The notes: generated by a model not told the origin, from the letters alone. 64,000 bases of DNA from Eledone cirrhosa (GCA_964016885.1 OZ024740.1:437410001-437474000), one strand, 5' to 3'; counted from the stretch's first letter, positions 32,885 to 47,135 are shown. A program made the numbers and translations.

Positions 32885-34932
32885 GCATAAGTATAGATAC
32901 ATAGCTTTTTTCATTTTATTTTATCTCGTTTTTATGATGTTTAGTTTTATATTTTTTATTTATTCATTTTGCCTGCTAACTTCTTCAGTAAAGCTCCTTT
33001 CTCTGTAGCAGCAAGTGCTGTACCATGAAGCAGAAATGTGTATATTTATCTTAGCACTATAGAGGGTGTCAACTAAGGACCAAAAGCACTCTGTGCCCTA
33101 GCCAATGAGTATATGTATATATATATTTAAATACTTAGTTTTAATGTTTCTTGTAAAACTGCCTCCACCAATGTTTAGTGCACAATTAGAGTAACAAAAG
33201 GCACATGGGTAACCATGTCATCATTTGATATTAATATAAGAGCAAAGTTGTTAAATTGACATTTAAAATCACCTCAATTAAACAAGAGAAACAATTATCT
33301 AAGATAATCCAAAGAAAGAATTTAAATCCCATTCAATTTATATTTATAATTTATGTAATAGAAAGAATTAATTCCTACCAAAGCTTCAATATATATATAT
33401 ATGTGTGTGTGTGTATGAATATACGTATGTATTTATGTTTGTTTCCAAGGCTTTATTGTTCCACTCAGTCTATTCCTATAGTCTTTCCAAATGACTTAAA
33501 TTAATGCTAAATAGGATTGCCACATCTTTGCAATAGAAACACACATACACACACACAGCCACTCACACACACACACACATATATACATTACATGCACACA
33601 CATACATACACACTTATGCACTCATACATGCACACACTACCTTATTTCACTTTTAATGACATTGATATTTGTACCAAGTCATTTACACACACAAACATAT
33701 GTATACACACACACACACAAACATGTATATATATACACGCACAACACACACATATAATGTTGTTAGTTTTTCACTCCTGTAATATATTAATGGGAAATTA
33801 TGCTCATCTAATTCTATTTTGGTTTTTAATTCCTCCCCTGAGATCTTCTTAACTCCACTAAGAAGTCTAGGTTACTGAATTTAAAAAAAAAATGTTTGTT
33901 AAATATATAAGTAATTGATAATATGTAAAAAGTGTGTTGATAGCACGTGTATATAGATAGGTGTATATATAATGAATGTATAAATATATAGACACATATG
34001 TGTAGCAAGTGTATTTGTATGTATACACTACACATTATTCATTTAGTTCTAGAATTTTTGACAAGCAGAGGGAGATGAGGGGACATTTAAACTATTCTAT
34101 TGGGACTTGGGAATGTTTGTTCATCTCAAGAGTCTTACATTTGTTCCAGCTTTTATCTGTTCTGCCAAATCCTGTAGTATTGGGATGCTTTCTCTTAACA
34201 GCTATGTTTAAACTGGGAATTAATGATATCACTGTAACCATATGTGGATACAAATATATTTCAGGGATATCATTTTAGCTATGTGAATAGAATTTTGGAA
34301 AAGCAATACTGATATCATGTATGTAGATTTTAAAATGCCTTTCAGATCAAGAGAAAGCACTTAATCTTGAATGTAGATCTTTTTAGTTATATCCAGTTGT
34401 ATATATAATACTATAGTTGTATATATTATTGATGAACAATTTGTTTTGTATGATAGTAATATCACAAGAGACTGAATTAATTTTTATCGCAAATGATTTT
34501 AATTTTTCTTTTATTAACTGAAAGATGGACTTTGTAGTCTATTGTTGTGATTTGAACTTCCCTCTCCTAAAGTCTGGGACATCTACAGCTTTTTCAAGCA
34601 ACTTGGATTCTTTCATATAATTTTCGGTATATTTAGAATGATTACATGAACATATGTCGTGTTTGCAAGTGTTGTCAAGAAATATGCAGGTGCATTGTTG
34701 CTAGGTAGAACTTTCATATGTACTGTTGTATCTTGCATTAATATTTAAAGCCAACAAAACTCATGTTTAGATAATGAATAAAAGAGATAGAGAGAATAAG
34801 TGTTGACTGTTTGATTATCTGGATAGAATAACCTTTGCCAATATTCTGTCACTCATCAGGTGACTGTATTAATATGCAGCTGTGCTGGGCCCACATATAT
34901 TCTAGCCATTAGAAAAAGCAAAATGAATGCTT

Positions 34933-34936
<4 letters not shown>

Positions 34937-35005
<69 letters not shown>
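34937..35005. repeat. (CT)n microsatellite
   Basis: direct inspection. Confidence 0.95.
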
Positions 35006-35009
<4 letters not shown>

Positions 35010-35863
35010 CCATTATAGCAATTTAAAAGTAAAAACAAACTGTTTCTAGAACCTTGTTTTGTTCTTTTTACCTGGTGTGTGTATGACTATATATAAATGT
35101 GTGTATGAGACCTGCCAAACAAAGGGTCAAGAACATTCTTCAGCTGTGTTGAGGACCATAACAACCTGCCTAGGGCTGGTGCCATGATAAAATGTACCTG
35201 GTGAACTCTGTAGAGTGGGAGAACATATGTTAGAGATGGGTGGGCTCCCAACCCATTTGAGAGTCAGTAGCTCTGAGTACTGACTGGTAGTGATGATAAT
35301 GAGGGTGATGGTGATGATAACGATGATGATGATGTTTATTTGTTTGACAGAACACTGTAAATTGTAAAATATATGTTACAGATATCAATAATATTAGGTT
35401 CTAGATTGAAATTAAGTTTTGAGATTAGCTGGTCTTCTACTGCCTCCTCTCCATGGGGTTAGCTGGCTTCATGTCCCCTTCACTAGTTGGTTTGGGGTTA
35501 GCTGATCTTAGGCACTCCTGATTCACCCAACTCCCTTTTATTTGTCATGTTCTACCCCAGTCCTTTTGGAACCTTGTCTTCTTGGATGGTGAAAAGTAAA
35601 AATGGCACAAGTGGTGGTCTGGTTAGTGGTGGTGGTGGTTGCCAATATGTATATTTCAATAAACTTATTTAACCTTGACCTAGTCACAGAATTCCCAAAG
35701 GTATTAATTCTTTGGCCCAAAAGCCTTATTCCCCCTTTCTCTTTCTGCCCATTCCTTTGTACCACTCCAGGCACAAAAGTGTGAAGACTTTGTTTAGAAG
35801 CAAAGAAAACATTTGAAATATATTCATTCTTTTTTTAGGTTTATAGCTTATAATTTCTAATAA

Positions 35864-36345
35864 GTGGAAGTCATTTTAAGTAATGAAGGAAAAGAGATTT
35901 GCTTCCAAGGATACATGTATACAAAACAGATTGTAAGATTAACTACTGTCAGATGGAGATATGTTAAGAGGACATGTAAAGGTAGCATAACCACCAGCCT
36001 TGATATGACTGATCCGGAACTAGCTAATGACCACAACCTCACTCCAGATTATGCAGTTATTTTAGCCACAAAATGTATCAACAACATTAAGAAAAAAGCA
36101 GCAGATACAGAAGGTAAACCTAACCAGATTTACAGCAATAACACTGGATGGCTTACCAGCTGAAGCAAAGGTGTTACTTCCAAGTGAGGACATCATAAAG
36201 AGAAACTTGCATACCCAAAGATCAAAACTTTATCCACAAGTGCCAGAAAGACTTGAAGATCTGAAACTTACTGGAGAATGGACAACTACTGCAGCCCCCA
36301 AGCCCAAAACAATTTTGTTCTTTGATGATGGATCAGACACAGGTA
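35864..36345 (+). pseudogene. Mutator-like (MULE) transposase N-terminal remnant with degenerate FLYWCH domain
   Basis: ICFQGYMY...VRWR...CKGSITT...DHN, then LPSEDIIKRNL..R...YPQVP..L, LFFDDG; frameshifted. Confidence 0.65.
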
Positions 36346-37065
36346 AAAATCCTTCCCCAGCCCTATAAAATATAAGAAATTATCCTATTGCATTACTGGT
36401 ACTTTAGTTTATCAAGCCCATAAGGATGAAAGGCAAAGTTAACCTTGGCAGATTTATTCAAGTATAGATAATTGTTTCTACTTTTGGCACCAGGCCAGCA
36501 ATTATCCCAGTGCATTACTGGTACTTCATTCAAGTATAGATAATGATCTTTCATTTTGTCTCATATATCAAGTGGTTAAGTCCAGTCAAAATAGATGAGT
36601 ATTGAAAAGCACAACAATATCATTAGAGTATTGGCACTAAAAGAGTCTCTCACTCATCAAAACTGAAAATATTTTACATGGAGTTGTGCCCTATATCAGG
36701 ACAAGTGTTTTTGTCAAAGTTTCCTTCGCTACTTTGTTCTCAGTGACCTGCTCTCACTGTTATTTCTTGCTGTGATCTATCCAACAGCCGTACCTAAATT
36801 ATCCCCATGAGTTCCTAGCAATGCATTTCTTGTCTTAGAAAACTCTCTCTCTGTATATATATAATTTTCTCTTAGTTTCCAACTAGTTGGCCTATATAGT
36901 TGGTTCTAACTTCTGACAATCCCCCCAGGAATATTCAGGGGGTATAATGTAAAAGACATGACTCTAATTCTCACTTGATATAGAATTTGATAAACTTCAG
37001 ATTATTTTAAAAAGGGAAGAAGACGAAGAAATTAAATAAATAACTTATTTGAAATATATCTTCTG

Positions 37066-37123
<58 letters not shown>

Positions 37124-37764
37124 GGTGGGTGTATATGTATTTATATATATGGAAAAGTGGACATAAAAATGGTGTGTTTGTGTGTCTGTTTACTTTCTGT
37201 CTGCTCAATGCATATTGTTGGGAAATGTTGATAGGGCTGTTCATATTTGTTTGTTTATGTGTGAATTAAATTGGTGCCCCATCCCTCTCCCCCTCCTACC
37301 CCCCTCTCTATCTCTTTACCTCTCTTTCACTCCTTGATGATACAATCTTTACATTGCAAAATAAAAAAACTGTTCCATTTCGTTGAAGACCCTTGAGAAA
37401 ATAAGACTTAATATTTCTCAAATGAACAACAATTATATTTACCACCATATCAAACATCATTCCCTTCACCCACCAAGATGAATTTCACAAAGATGGGGGT
37501 GGGGGTCAGGCTGGAGTCGTGTGGCGGGAGGGTGAGGGCAGGAATGAAAATAAAAGAAAAAAGTCAATTTTTTGTGTGCCGTTTAACAAATAATAATAAT
37601 ACATCCTTACGTACTATATAAAATAAAGTACCAGTAATGCACTGAGATAATTGCTGGCCTTGTGCTAAAATTAGAAACAAGTTTTATTATTATGAAACTA
37701 TCCCAATTCTCATTCTTATGCTTCATGTTTACATAAGAAACTATTATTAATAAATAAATGAAGA

Positions 37765-37958
37765 GTGGGGGATTGGCAGTATCGGTAGAGAGTCAGACAC
37801 CATGCTTTGCAGCAAAGAGTTACAGCCCTTTATGGTCTGAGTTCAAATCCCACCGAGGTTAACTTTGCCTTTCATCCTTACGGGGCCGATGAAATAAAGT
37901 ACCAGTAATACACTGGGATAATTGCTGGCCTTGTGTCAGAAGTAGAAACAATTATTAT
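37765..37958 (+). mobile_element. tRNA-derived SINE, second family (Meta-like central domain)
   Basis: TGGCAGTATCGGTAG, GAGTTCAAATCCC, TTTGCCTTTCATCCTTACGGGG..GAT.AAATAAAGTACCAG; several copies in the window. Confidence 0.85.
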
Positions 37959-38699
37959 GAAACTGTAGAATGACTAAAACACATAAAGCAAAATATGCAA
38001 CTCAATATTAGCCATTTTTATTTATTGTTGTTGTTTTTGTAAGCAACATTGAAATCTAGAGAAGAATAATGAAATGTTGAGAAGTGTGATATTTAATTTG
38101 AGTTTTGTTTTGAGATAATAGTTTACCTAACAACTTTTCTGAGTAGAAAATATAAATATATATTTATATATTTTTGTTGTGCTGCGGAGGAGGTGGGTGA
38201 AGTGAATGAGGTATGGGGCACATAATTTCTCCAGTCGAATCAGAGAATAGCTATTAATGGAAGAATATTTGCTATTTATCAATTAAGGTGTTCTCAAACA
38301 ATTAGTTTCTTTTTGTTTTAGTTATAAATATTTAAATGTATATATTTTTTATCTTAAATGTATTTTCTGGTGTTTTTATTCTTCTGTAGCAAGAAAAAAC
38401 ATTTGACCTCAAGTGTCATGTAATTATTCAACATGAAACTCTGTAAATAACAACTAAATTTCATAAAATAACAATAACATCTAATATACAAAGAATGAAC
38501 ATCACTGAAGCTTTTGTTGTCATTTGTTTAGTTTTCAATTATTATTTTTTTGCATTTATTACCTACTCCTCGTTAGGTTTTATAATACTTACTCTGTTAA
38601 AATGGCAACAGATACCAAGACCACCAGCATATCATTCTGGGCTTCTGTATTAGTGTCTCTAATGAAATATTTAATCTTCTACAGTATTCATTTTGAATG

Positions 38700-39226
38700 A
38701 CTTCTCTGTAAGGTGGTAGTATTGGAGTCATGATAAAATACACCCAGTCTACCCTGTTAGTCTGTAATGTTGGCTCCACAATAAAATGCACTCAGTCCAC
38801 CCTATATGTTTATTGTTGGTGCCACAATGAAAAGCACCCTGTAAAGTGGTAGTGCCAATCACAATATAATACTCCCAGTACACCCTGTGTGGTTGGTATT
38901 AGGAAAGGTATCCAACCATAACTGAAATGGGAACATACAAGGAAGGTGGACTCACCTATCCATTCTAGCCTCATAACATGACAGCCTTTCTAACCCATAC
39001 CAGCAAGATGGACTCGCCTGTCCAGTCTAGCCTCATGACAGCCTGTCTAACCCATACAAAGACGATGGACTCACCTGTCCAGTCTAACCTCATAACATGA
39101 CAGCCTGTCTAACCCATACAAGGACAATGGACTCACCTGTCCAGTCTAACTTCATAACATGACAGCCTGTCTAACCCATAAAAACAGAGGAAATATATGT
39201 TAAACAGTGATGATAATGATGATGAT
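38700..39226 (+). mobile_element. old RTE-type 3' UTR remnant with an internal ~55-60 bp tandem repeat
   Basis: ggttggtattaggaaaggtatcca resembles the RTE 3' UTR; ends in gatgatgat. Confidence 0.6.
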
Positions 39227-39980
39227 TCATTATCACCTGTTGACTGTGTCTGCTTTAGAATAGGTACACCTTATCCCATCGTCAGTTAACCTCATTTCAT
39301 CAACAGAACTATCTTTCAGGGTGGGCTAGGTACTTTTTGTCATTTTATCAACATGACCACCTTTCAGGGTGGAATGGGTGCTTTTTGTCATTTCACCAAC
39401 ATGACCACCCTTCAGGGTGGACTTGGTGCTGTCTGTTATGTTGCCATTATAAATGATATACCTTAGTTGATACTGTAATATATTGATGTTCAAATAATTT
39501 CAAACCAAATTCTAAGAATCTAGTAAATTTTTCAGTAAAAACAGCCAGTATTTTAAAATATCAACCTAATTTTCTAAATTGGTTTATGCATAATATGACC
39601 TTTAATTTGCATTATAACTTCCATATTTGCTTCATGTGTAAAACAATAGATTTTGACAGTGATGGATGGCTATGTCTCATAAGACTACTAACTAGAGAAT
39701 GGTAATGTCTGTCAGTACTACCAACTAGAGACAGGTTTTATCTGACAACACTACTAATGCTAGAGAATGGTTATTTCTGACAACACTATTAATTCTAGAG
39801 TGGTTATATCTGACTAATTCTAGAGAATGGTTTTATCTGACAATACTACTAATTCTAGAGTGGTTATATCTGACAACACTACTAATTCTAAAATGGTTAT
39901 ATCTGAAAATACTACTAATTCTAGAGAATGTTGGTTGCCATCATATTTTGTTAGCCAGTATCAATATTTTGTTATCACTT

Positions 39981-40597
39981 CATCATGTTTAGATGTTGTT
40001 AGCCACTATCGTGTATGACCCCATCATGGTTTATATGTTGTTAGCCACTATCGTGTATGACCCCATCATGTTTAGATGTTGTTAGCCACTATCGTGTATA
40101 ACCCCATCATGTTTAGATGTTGTTAGTCAGTATCGTGTATAACCCCATCATGTTTAGATGTTGTTAGTCAGTATCGTGTATAACCCCATCATGTTTAGAT
40201 ATTGTTAGTCAGTATCGTGTATAACCCCATCATGTTTAGATGTTGTTAGTCAGTATCGTGTATAACCCCATCATGTTTAGATGTTGTTAGCCATTATCGT
40301 GTATAACCCCATCATGTTTAGATATTGTTAGTCAGTATCGTGTATAACCCCATCATGTTTATATGTTGTTAGTCAGTATCGTGTATAACCCCATCATGTT
40401 TAGATGTTGTTAGTCAGTATCGTGTATAACCCCATCATGTTTAGATGTTGTTAGTCAGTATCGTGTATGACCCCATCATGTTTAGATGTTGTTAGTCAGT
40501 ATCGTGTATAACCCCATCATGTTTAGATGTTGTTAGTCAGTATCGTGTATGACCCCATCATGTTTAGATGTTGTTAGTCAGTATCGTGTATGACCTC
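39981..40597. repeat. 41-bp minisatellite (~15 copies)
   Basis: unit catcatgtttagatgttgttagtcagtatcgtgtataaccc. Confidence 0.95.
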
Positions 40598-40931
40598 ATA
40601 ATATGGGGAATGGTTTTAAGTAAACATGATGAATAAGAGTTAAACATTTCTTGGTGAGTCTGTTAATCCATAAACCCATTTCAATTCTTAGTTACTTCCA
40701 TTTATTTTCTATTCAATTTCATTGAGGAAGACAAGAACATCGAAACTTTTGTTTTTTTAAAATCAATTAGATATTTTGTGTTTCAATAAATCATTTGGTA
40801 CAACTTGACAACTGTTGTTCTTTGGGAAAGGATTCCTTATTTTAATTACACCTGATGAAAAGATATTTTTACTTTACTGTGTAAGTGGTTGAGTGTGTGT
40901 GACATCTAAACATGTATCCTCTACCTCTTGG

Positions 40932-41325
40932 TCACGGCTGATAGGATGGAGAAAACACTGCCCCGGAGGACGGTGAGGGAGACATGCTAGAACAGCCACT
41001 CCACATCATGGGCCTCGCACCTGGCCACTCCAATAGCAGTGAACAGGGATGTGGCCCAGAGCTCTTCACGCTTGACCACAAACCTATCAGGGAGCAGCCG
41101 ATACTTTGACAGCTTGTCCTCCTTGGCCTGGCAGGCAGCAGAGCCTGGGTTGGTAACCAAATGCACCAGGTTGCCACTAGAGAATGTGTCATAGCATGTA
41201 GCATCCCAGATGAAGGGCCTACCCTCACAGAATGGGAAGATTGTCATGCCATCTGGCCTTTTGCTGTCCCCTCTGTCCAGCCCTGCTGGTTCGAGCTACA
41301 AAGGGAAGCTTGCACTGTCCAGGTC
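40932..41325 (-). pseudogene. CRE-clade non-LTR retrotransposon restriction-like endonuclease remnant
   Basis: RGDSKRPDGMTIFPF..GRPFIWDATC.DT...SAA....DKLSKY and WLF..VSLTVLRGSVFSIL. Confidence 0.7.
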
Positions 41326-41400
41326 ATACTTTATTATTAGCAAAATAGTAATAACATTTTACATGTGGATTGATAAATGTCTTTACATTTTGCATGTGGC

Positions 41401-41635
41401 TTAACCCTTTTGGTACCATCTTGCCAAAACCAGCTCTGGTTCTATGCAATAAAGTCACCCACTTTAAAGGTTTCCAATTTATATTAGAATATTCCAACAT
41501 AATTTTATAAAAGAACCTTACATTAAGTTACTATCTTAGTAATGAAATGATTAATAGTTTTAATAAATCCCTCAAAATTCTTCATGAATTAATTGAAACA
41601 GTGAATTTCATTAGAACTAGTCATGAAACAGTTAA
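41401..41635. mobile_element. TTAA-flanked (piggyBac-like) MITE, degenerate
   Basis: TTAACCCTTT...aaacagTTAA; related copy at 53015-53680. Confidence 0.5.
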
Positions 41636-43274
41636 TACCTGTCTTTACATTGTCGGCGACATTTCTAAGCTTTTCAATTATTTTTTAGGTTTTAAATTTT
41701 TCCAACATTTCACAAACTGACAGGGACACTAATAATCTCACAGCCTTTCTAATATCTCACCCCCACCCCCAGTCTGCTGATAGAATTGATGTAAGTAATG
41801 TTTAGTATAAAGTAGGACCCTGTTTGAGGAACAAATGTGTTTGAAGTCGGAGTTCCAGTAGCTTCCAGTTCAAGGAAATCAGAATTAGCTGAAGTGTTTT
41901 ATTTAGGATCTGTGAGGCGATTCACAGTAGAATAAATGAGAGGAAATAGAATAGAGCCGGGGGGGGGGGGGTATGTAGTTAATTAGTTCAAAAGATCAGG
42001 GGCTGTTATAATATCAGAAGATCAAACAAGAAAAAAATGCATCTGGTATAAAATGTACTGATGATTAGATCATTATCAATCAGTTGAGTCGACTTCATTT
42101 GGAGATATATATATATATATACATACACACACAGACACACTGTGGTGTGTGGTATGTAGAACTGTGTAGCTGACATATAGTCCCATATATATGTATAGTG
42201 TGTTATGTTCCACTGTGTAGCTGACATACTGTCTCCTACATATATATAGTGTTTTGTGTGTTATGCTCCATTGCGGGACTTGAGTGCTGTAGTTGGTCAG
42301 AAATTGACCTGGCCTCAAGTATTTTCTGAGGAATCTCAGTTTTTGTTGCAGCATTGGTAATGTTATATAATGTTAACACAAGAAATCAGAGGTTTTGAGA
42401 CTTAGCATTTTGTAACAACTTCAAGAGGTTCTTGTGTGAAGAGAGTGAGGTAAAAAAGTTGGATAGATTTTGTAAATTCAAACATCCTACATTAATTGTA
42501 AGAACAGATGTTTCACAGCTTGATACCCTTCTTAATTCAAACCTCTCCATCATAGGGTGGAAGTCATGTAATATTTTATGATAGTTAAACTGTGATGTAA
42601 AATGGCATTTTTATACTTATCCAATTTCACATCTAGCTCCTTGAAATGTTATACTGATGCCATTCTTTATCTTCTAATAAGCAAAGTCCAAATATTTAGT
42701 AAAAGAAATATGAATGTTATGACATTTGTTACTTTAAAGAGCACAAATACATCACCTTAAATACTACTTCTATAGACTTCTAAAGGAACTTATAATGTTG
42801 TTAGATCTAATAAGATATGAGTACATACAGGTTTGTTAGCCTTAGTAGTCTTAAGAGAAAATGTTTGAGGAAATCAGATTCTTTCATATGGTTGCTATAG
42901 ACATCTTGAAATAATGTTTTTATAAGAATAATTTTTAAATTCTACTTTGGAATGTTAATGACTTCCTACGATCTTTCTAAACAAGGGATTTTTTAAAGTT
43001 AATACAAACCTCCCACTCTGTCCTTCCTCACTCTCTCTCTCTCTCTCTCTCCCTCTCTCTCTCTCTCTCCCTCCATCACCTCTCTATTACTCTCAGCCCT
43101 CACCCCTTCTCTTTACCTCCCTCCTTCCCCTCTACTGTTTTTGTTTGTTCAAGATCATCTTTAGAGTTCCCTGACCAACTGTCCTCATGTGCCTATAGAG
43201 TACTATAGACACATGAAGTCTGTATTGCAAAGACTGGGCAGGCCACAAATGATGGTAGTACTCTATATATGATG

Positions 43275-43474
43275 NNNNNNNNNNNNNNNNNNNNNNNNNN
43301 NNNNNNNNNNNNNNNNNNNNNNNNNNNNNNNNNNNNNNNNNNNNNNNNNNNNNNNNNNNNNNNNNNNNNNNNNNNNNNNNNNNNNNNNNNNNNNNNNNNN
43401 NNNNNNNNNNNNNNNNNNNNNNNNNNNNNNNNNNNNNNNNNNNNNNNNNNNNNNNNNNNNNNNNNNNNNNNNNN
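43275..43474. other. assembly gap (200 N)
   Basis: run of N. Confidence 1.
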
Positions 43475-43644
43475 TATATATGATGAGATGTAGTGTGTAT
43501 ATTGAAGAGGTAGGATCCCGATATCAAGCCCTGCAGTTTCAGTACACCCTTGTAAAATCTTGAGAAAAATATGCTGAAACCATAGGACCCTTGATCAGGA
43601 TGGTACTTCTTCAATAAATAAATAAATATATATATATATATATA

Positions 43645-43988
43645 GTGGAGGCACATGGCTTAGTGGTTAGAGCATTGGCCTTGCAATCGAAAGGTTGTGA
43701 GTTCAATTTTCAGACCGGGTGGTGTGTTGTTTCCTTGAGCAAGACACTTTATTTCACATTGCTCCAGTTTACTCAGCTGTAGAAATGAGATGATAGGGAC
43801 TGAGGTCCTTATCATTCCACTGCAAAAGTGGTCGTGTAGGTGCCACGGCAAAAAAGCACCCAGCACTCACTGTAAATGAGGTTGGTGTTAGGAAGGGCAT
43901 CCAGCTGTAGAAATCAAGCCAGAATCAGTTCCCGTCCCACCCTTGCAAGCAGGGAAAAGCGGACGTAAAATGAAATGATGATGATGAT
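43645..43988 (+). mobile_element. CORE-type SINE with RTE tail
   Basis: same family as 30714-31056. Confidence 0.92.
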
Positions 43989-44000
43989 AGATATATATAT

Positions 44001-44284
44001 ACTTTTTTTCACGCTCAGAGTTGCTGAAGCATGGAACAAACTCCCTGCATCAGTTGTTACCAGTCGGGACACTGCATCCATCAAAACTTCCATGCTTCTT
44101 GAAATTCACCACCACCACACCTGATAATCCCCCTCCATACACATGCACATATGTATCTGTGTATATCATGACTCATACACTGTTCATTTTCCTGACATTT
44201 GTACATTATTCTATGTACTGTACTTTTGATGATTTGTAGTGCACCTGAGCACTGTACACAATAATTTCATTATTATTATTATTT
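44001..44284 (+). mobile_element. 3' end of a different CR1-like LINE
   Basis: FFTLRVAEAWNKLPASVV C-terminal motif; (ATT)n tail. Confidence 0.75.
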
Positions 44285-44650
44285 ACACACACATATTTGA
44301 GAAATATCTACTAAATATACATATTATTCAAATTCTAAATTATTTAAAATAAATTTTAAATCAGAAATTCGAGAAATATGTGAAGTTTTGAGATATGAAA
44401 GGCCAGTATTTGAAAGTTTTGCCAATCTATTGGACATTTCAGTAAACTATGTACACAAATATTCCTTGTTGTATTTGAGAAATATGTGTGTGTTGTATAT
44501 ATATATATGTGTGTTTGTATATGTGTTGTATATATATATATGTGTGTGTGTTGTATCAGATGATGCCACAGTGACTTCAGCTTAATAACTACAATCATCT
44601 GATATTTTCAGGGGTCTAACTCACAATATAACGAAAATAAAGGTCTTACA

Positions 44651-45240
44651 TTAAACCCTTCAGCATTTACATTACTCTATATATATACTATTGTATTTTC
44701 ACAGTAAAGGTTTTACCTCACATAATATCTCACATAACATTTACATTACTCTATATATACTATTGTATTTTCACAGTAAAGGCTTTACCTCACATAATAT
44801 CTCGCACAACATTTACATTACGCTATATTTACTATTGTATTTTCACAGTAAAGGTTTTACCTCACATAATATCTCACATAATGTTTACATTACTCTATAT
44901 ATACTATTGTATTTTCACAGTAAAGGCTTTACCTCACATAATATCTCGCACAACATTTACATTACGCTATATTTACTATTGTATTTTCACAGTAAAGGTT
45001 TTACCTCACATAATATCTCACATAATGTTTACATTACTCTATATATACTATTGTATTTTCACAGTAAAGGCTTTACCTCACATAATATCTCAGATAACAT
45101 CAAATCTATGAGATTTTGATATTATTTATTTTGAGAACAATACCTTAACATCAGTATGAGTGGCTGATTACAGATGGTTTGAACAAAAAAAGGTGAGAGA
45201 ATTCTGACCGGATACAGCTGGTTTAAATGCTAAAGGGTTA
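44651..45240. mobile_element. TTAA-flanked MITE containing a 72-bp tandem array
   Basis: ttaaacccttcagcattta ... taaatgctaaagggttaa inverted termini. Confidence 0.65.
44668..45100. repeat. 72-bp tandem repeat (~6 copies, alternating variants)
   Basis: period of 72 (acagtaaagg at 44701 and 44773). Confidence 0.95.
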
Positions 45241-45483
45241 ACAAACCTCTAACCAATGAAATGCTGGCTCTACCCATTTAAACAGATGGAAAATGTTGAG
45301 CTCTTCCAATTGAGGTCCAGGATTTAGCTACATAGTCACATGTCCACAAGTGAAATCAGGACAATTATTCTAGATTTCAATTGTTGATGGTGAATACAGG
45401 TAGTTTTTTTTTTTCCTTTTTATATATATATAAAGGAAATCCAAATATACACCCCAACCCACTACTCCTACTCCATCCTCCCA

Positions 45484-45846
45484 CTCCCACACACTACCCC
45501 TACTCCATCCTCTCACCAACACCACCCTTTCTCTGTAAAGTTATGTTGGTACCACAACATCCAGTCCAAACTAATGAGGTTGTGTGCGTGTCACGACAAA
45601 AACACACAGTCCACGCTGTAATGTGACCGTGTAGGTAACACGGTTAAAAGCTCCCAGTCCACACTGTAAATGTGGTTGGTGTTAGGAAGGGCATCCAGCC
45701 GTAGAAAACCTGCCAGATAGTCCTATATGAGCGAGACACAGTCACCCGACCAATCTTGCCTCAAGTGGGACAAACCCCGTCTAACCCATGCTAGCATGGA
45801 AGATGGACGTTAAACGATAACGATAATGATCATGATGATGATGATA
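45484..45846 (+). mobile_element. older RTE-A 3' UTR fragment
   Basis: matches 10020-10349; gatgatgat end. Confidence 0.85.
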
Positions 45847-46639
45847 TATATGTATCAGTTTTTAGAATAGGTAGATCAGTTCTGTATGAGCAATGCATGG
45901 TCACCTCACTAGGCATTTCTCACAACAGGACAAGTTATCTAAGCTATGTTAGGGTGGAAAATGGATGTTAAATGGCGATGATGATATCCCTGTGTATGAT
46001 ACGAGGCAACTAAAGAGGTTGCTGTTAGGAAGGTATATTCAGCCATAAAACATCACCTCATAATGTCCTATTCAATCTATACCAACATGGACAAGCTGAC
46101 ATAAAAATGTTGGCAGTGTTCCATATTCTCCTCATATAGAAATCTATATTATTGCTGAATACTGTTTATTAATTCACCATCATCATCAGCTTCATCTTCT
46201 TTGTCACCATCTTTATCATCACTGTTACGTCTGTTTTTCTATGCTTGCATGGGTTGGACAACAATGTTTCCATTGATCTTTCTATTGCTAATATACTATC
46301 CACTGGTCACAACTCCTTGCAGAAAGAGCAATGTGAAATAAAATGTCTTCCTCATGGACATAATGCATCACCTAGTCTGGGAATCAAACTTGCAACCTCA
46401 CAATTTTAAAACCAATTCTCTTTTGATTTCCAATCCTGCAAGAATCTATATACTTTTAATTTTACAGCCCAATTACTTTTAATTTTATTTAAAGTCAATA
46501 CATTTTTTCAAACCTTTCAATAGAGTTCATAAGAGGTTAAAACAATGAAGTGATAACCAACTCTAGTATCAAAATATTAATTTAGAGAAAAAACAAGTTT
46601 TCACCAAAACAATTGTGGAGAGATATAACATCAATAATA

Positions 46640-46880
46640 ATTCTTTCTACTTCTGGCACAAGGCCAGCAATTAATTATCCCAGTGTATTACTGGTACTTT
46701 ATTTTATCGACCCCCGTCGATAAAATATCAATAAAAATGGCTCCTGATTTAGGCACAAAGCAAGCACTTTTTTTTTTTTTTTTTTTTTTGTGGGATTTGA
46801 ACTCAAAATGTAAAGGGGCATAACTCTATATTGCAAAACATAGTGTCTGACGCTCTACTGGTTCTGCCAATCCACAACCC
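46640..46880 (-). mobile_element. Meta-like SINE fragments
   Basis: actggtactttattttatcgacccc; gggatttgaactc. Confidence 0.7.
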
Positions 46881-46949
46881 TTGTAACATGCATCATTAAT
46901 AATTTTCTTTTTATTTTATTTATTTTTTTTTTTATTTCTATTATACTTA

Positions 46950-47135
46950 GGGCGATGGATTGGCAGAATCGGTTGAGCGTCAGACGCCATAATTTGCAGC
47001 ATAGAGTTACGACTCTTTCTGATCTGGGTTCAAATCCTGCCGAGGTTAACTTTGCCTTTCATCCTTACGGGGTCGATAAAATAAAGTACCAGTAATGTAC
47101 TTGGCCTTGTGCCAAAAGTAGAAACAATTATTATT
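46950..47135 (+). mobile_element. Meta-like tRNA SINE
   Basis: same family as 37765-37958. Confidence 0.85.

Noticed and set aside
34845-34866. CTGATGA on the minus strand inside a hairpin
   Set aside because: No downstream stem II-GAAA arrangement, so it is not a hammerhead.
40721-40760. ttgaggaagac..cgaaac, HHR-like
   Set aside because: The stems do not pair and the NUH/stem I context is missing; at best a very decayed relic.
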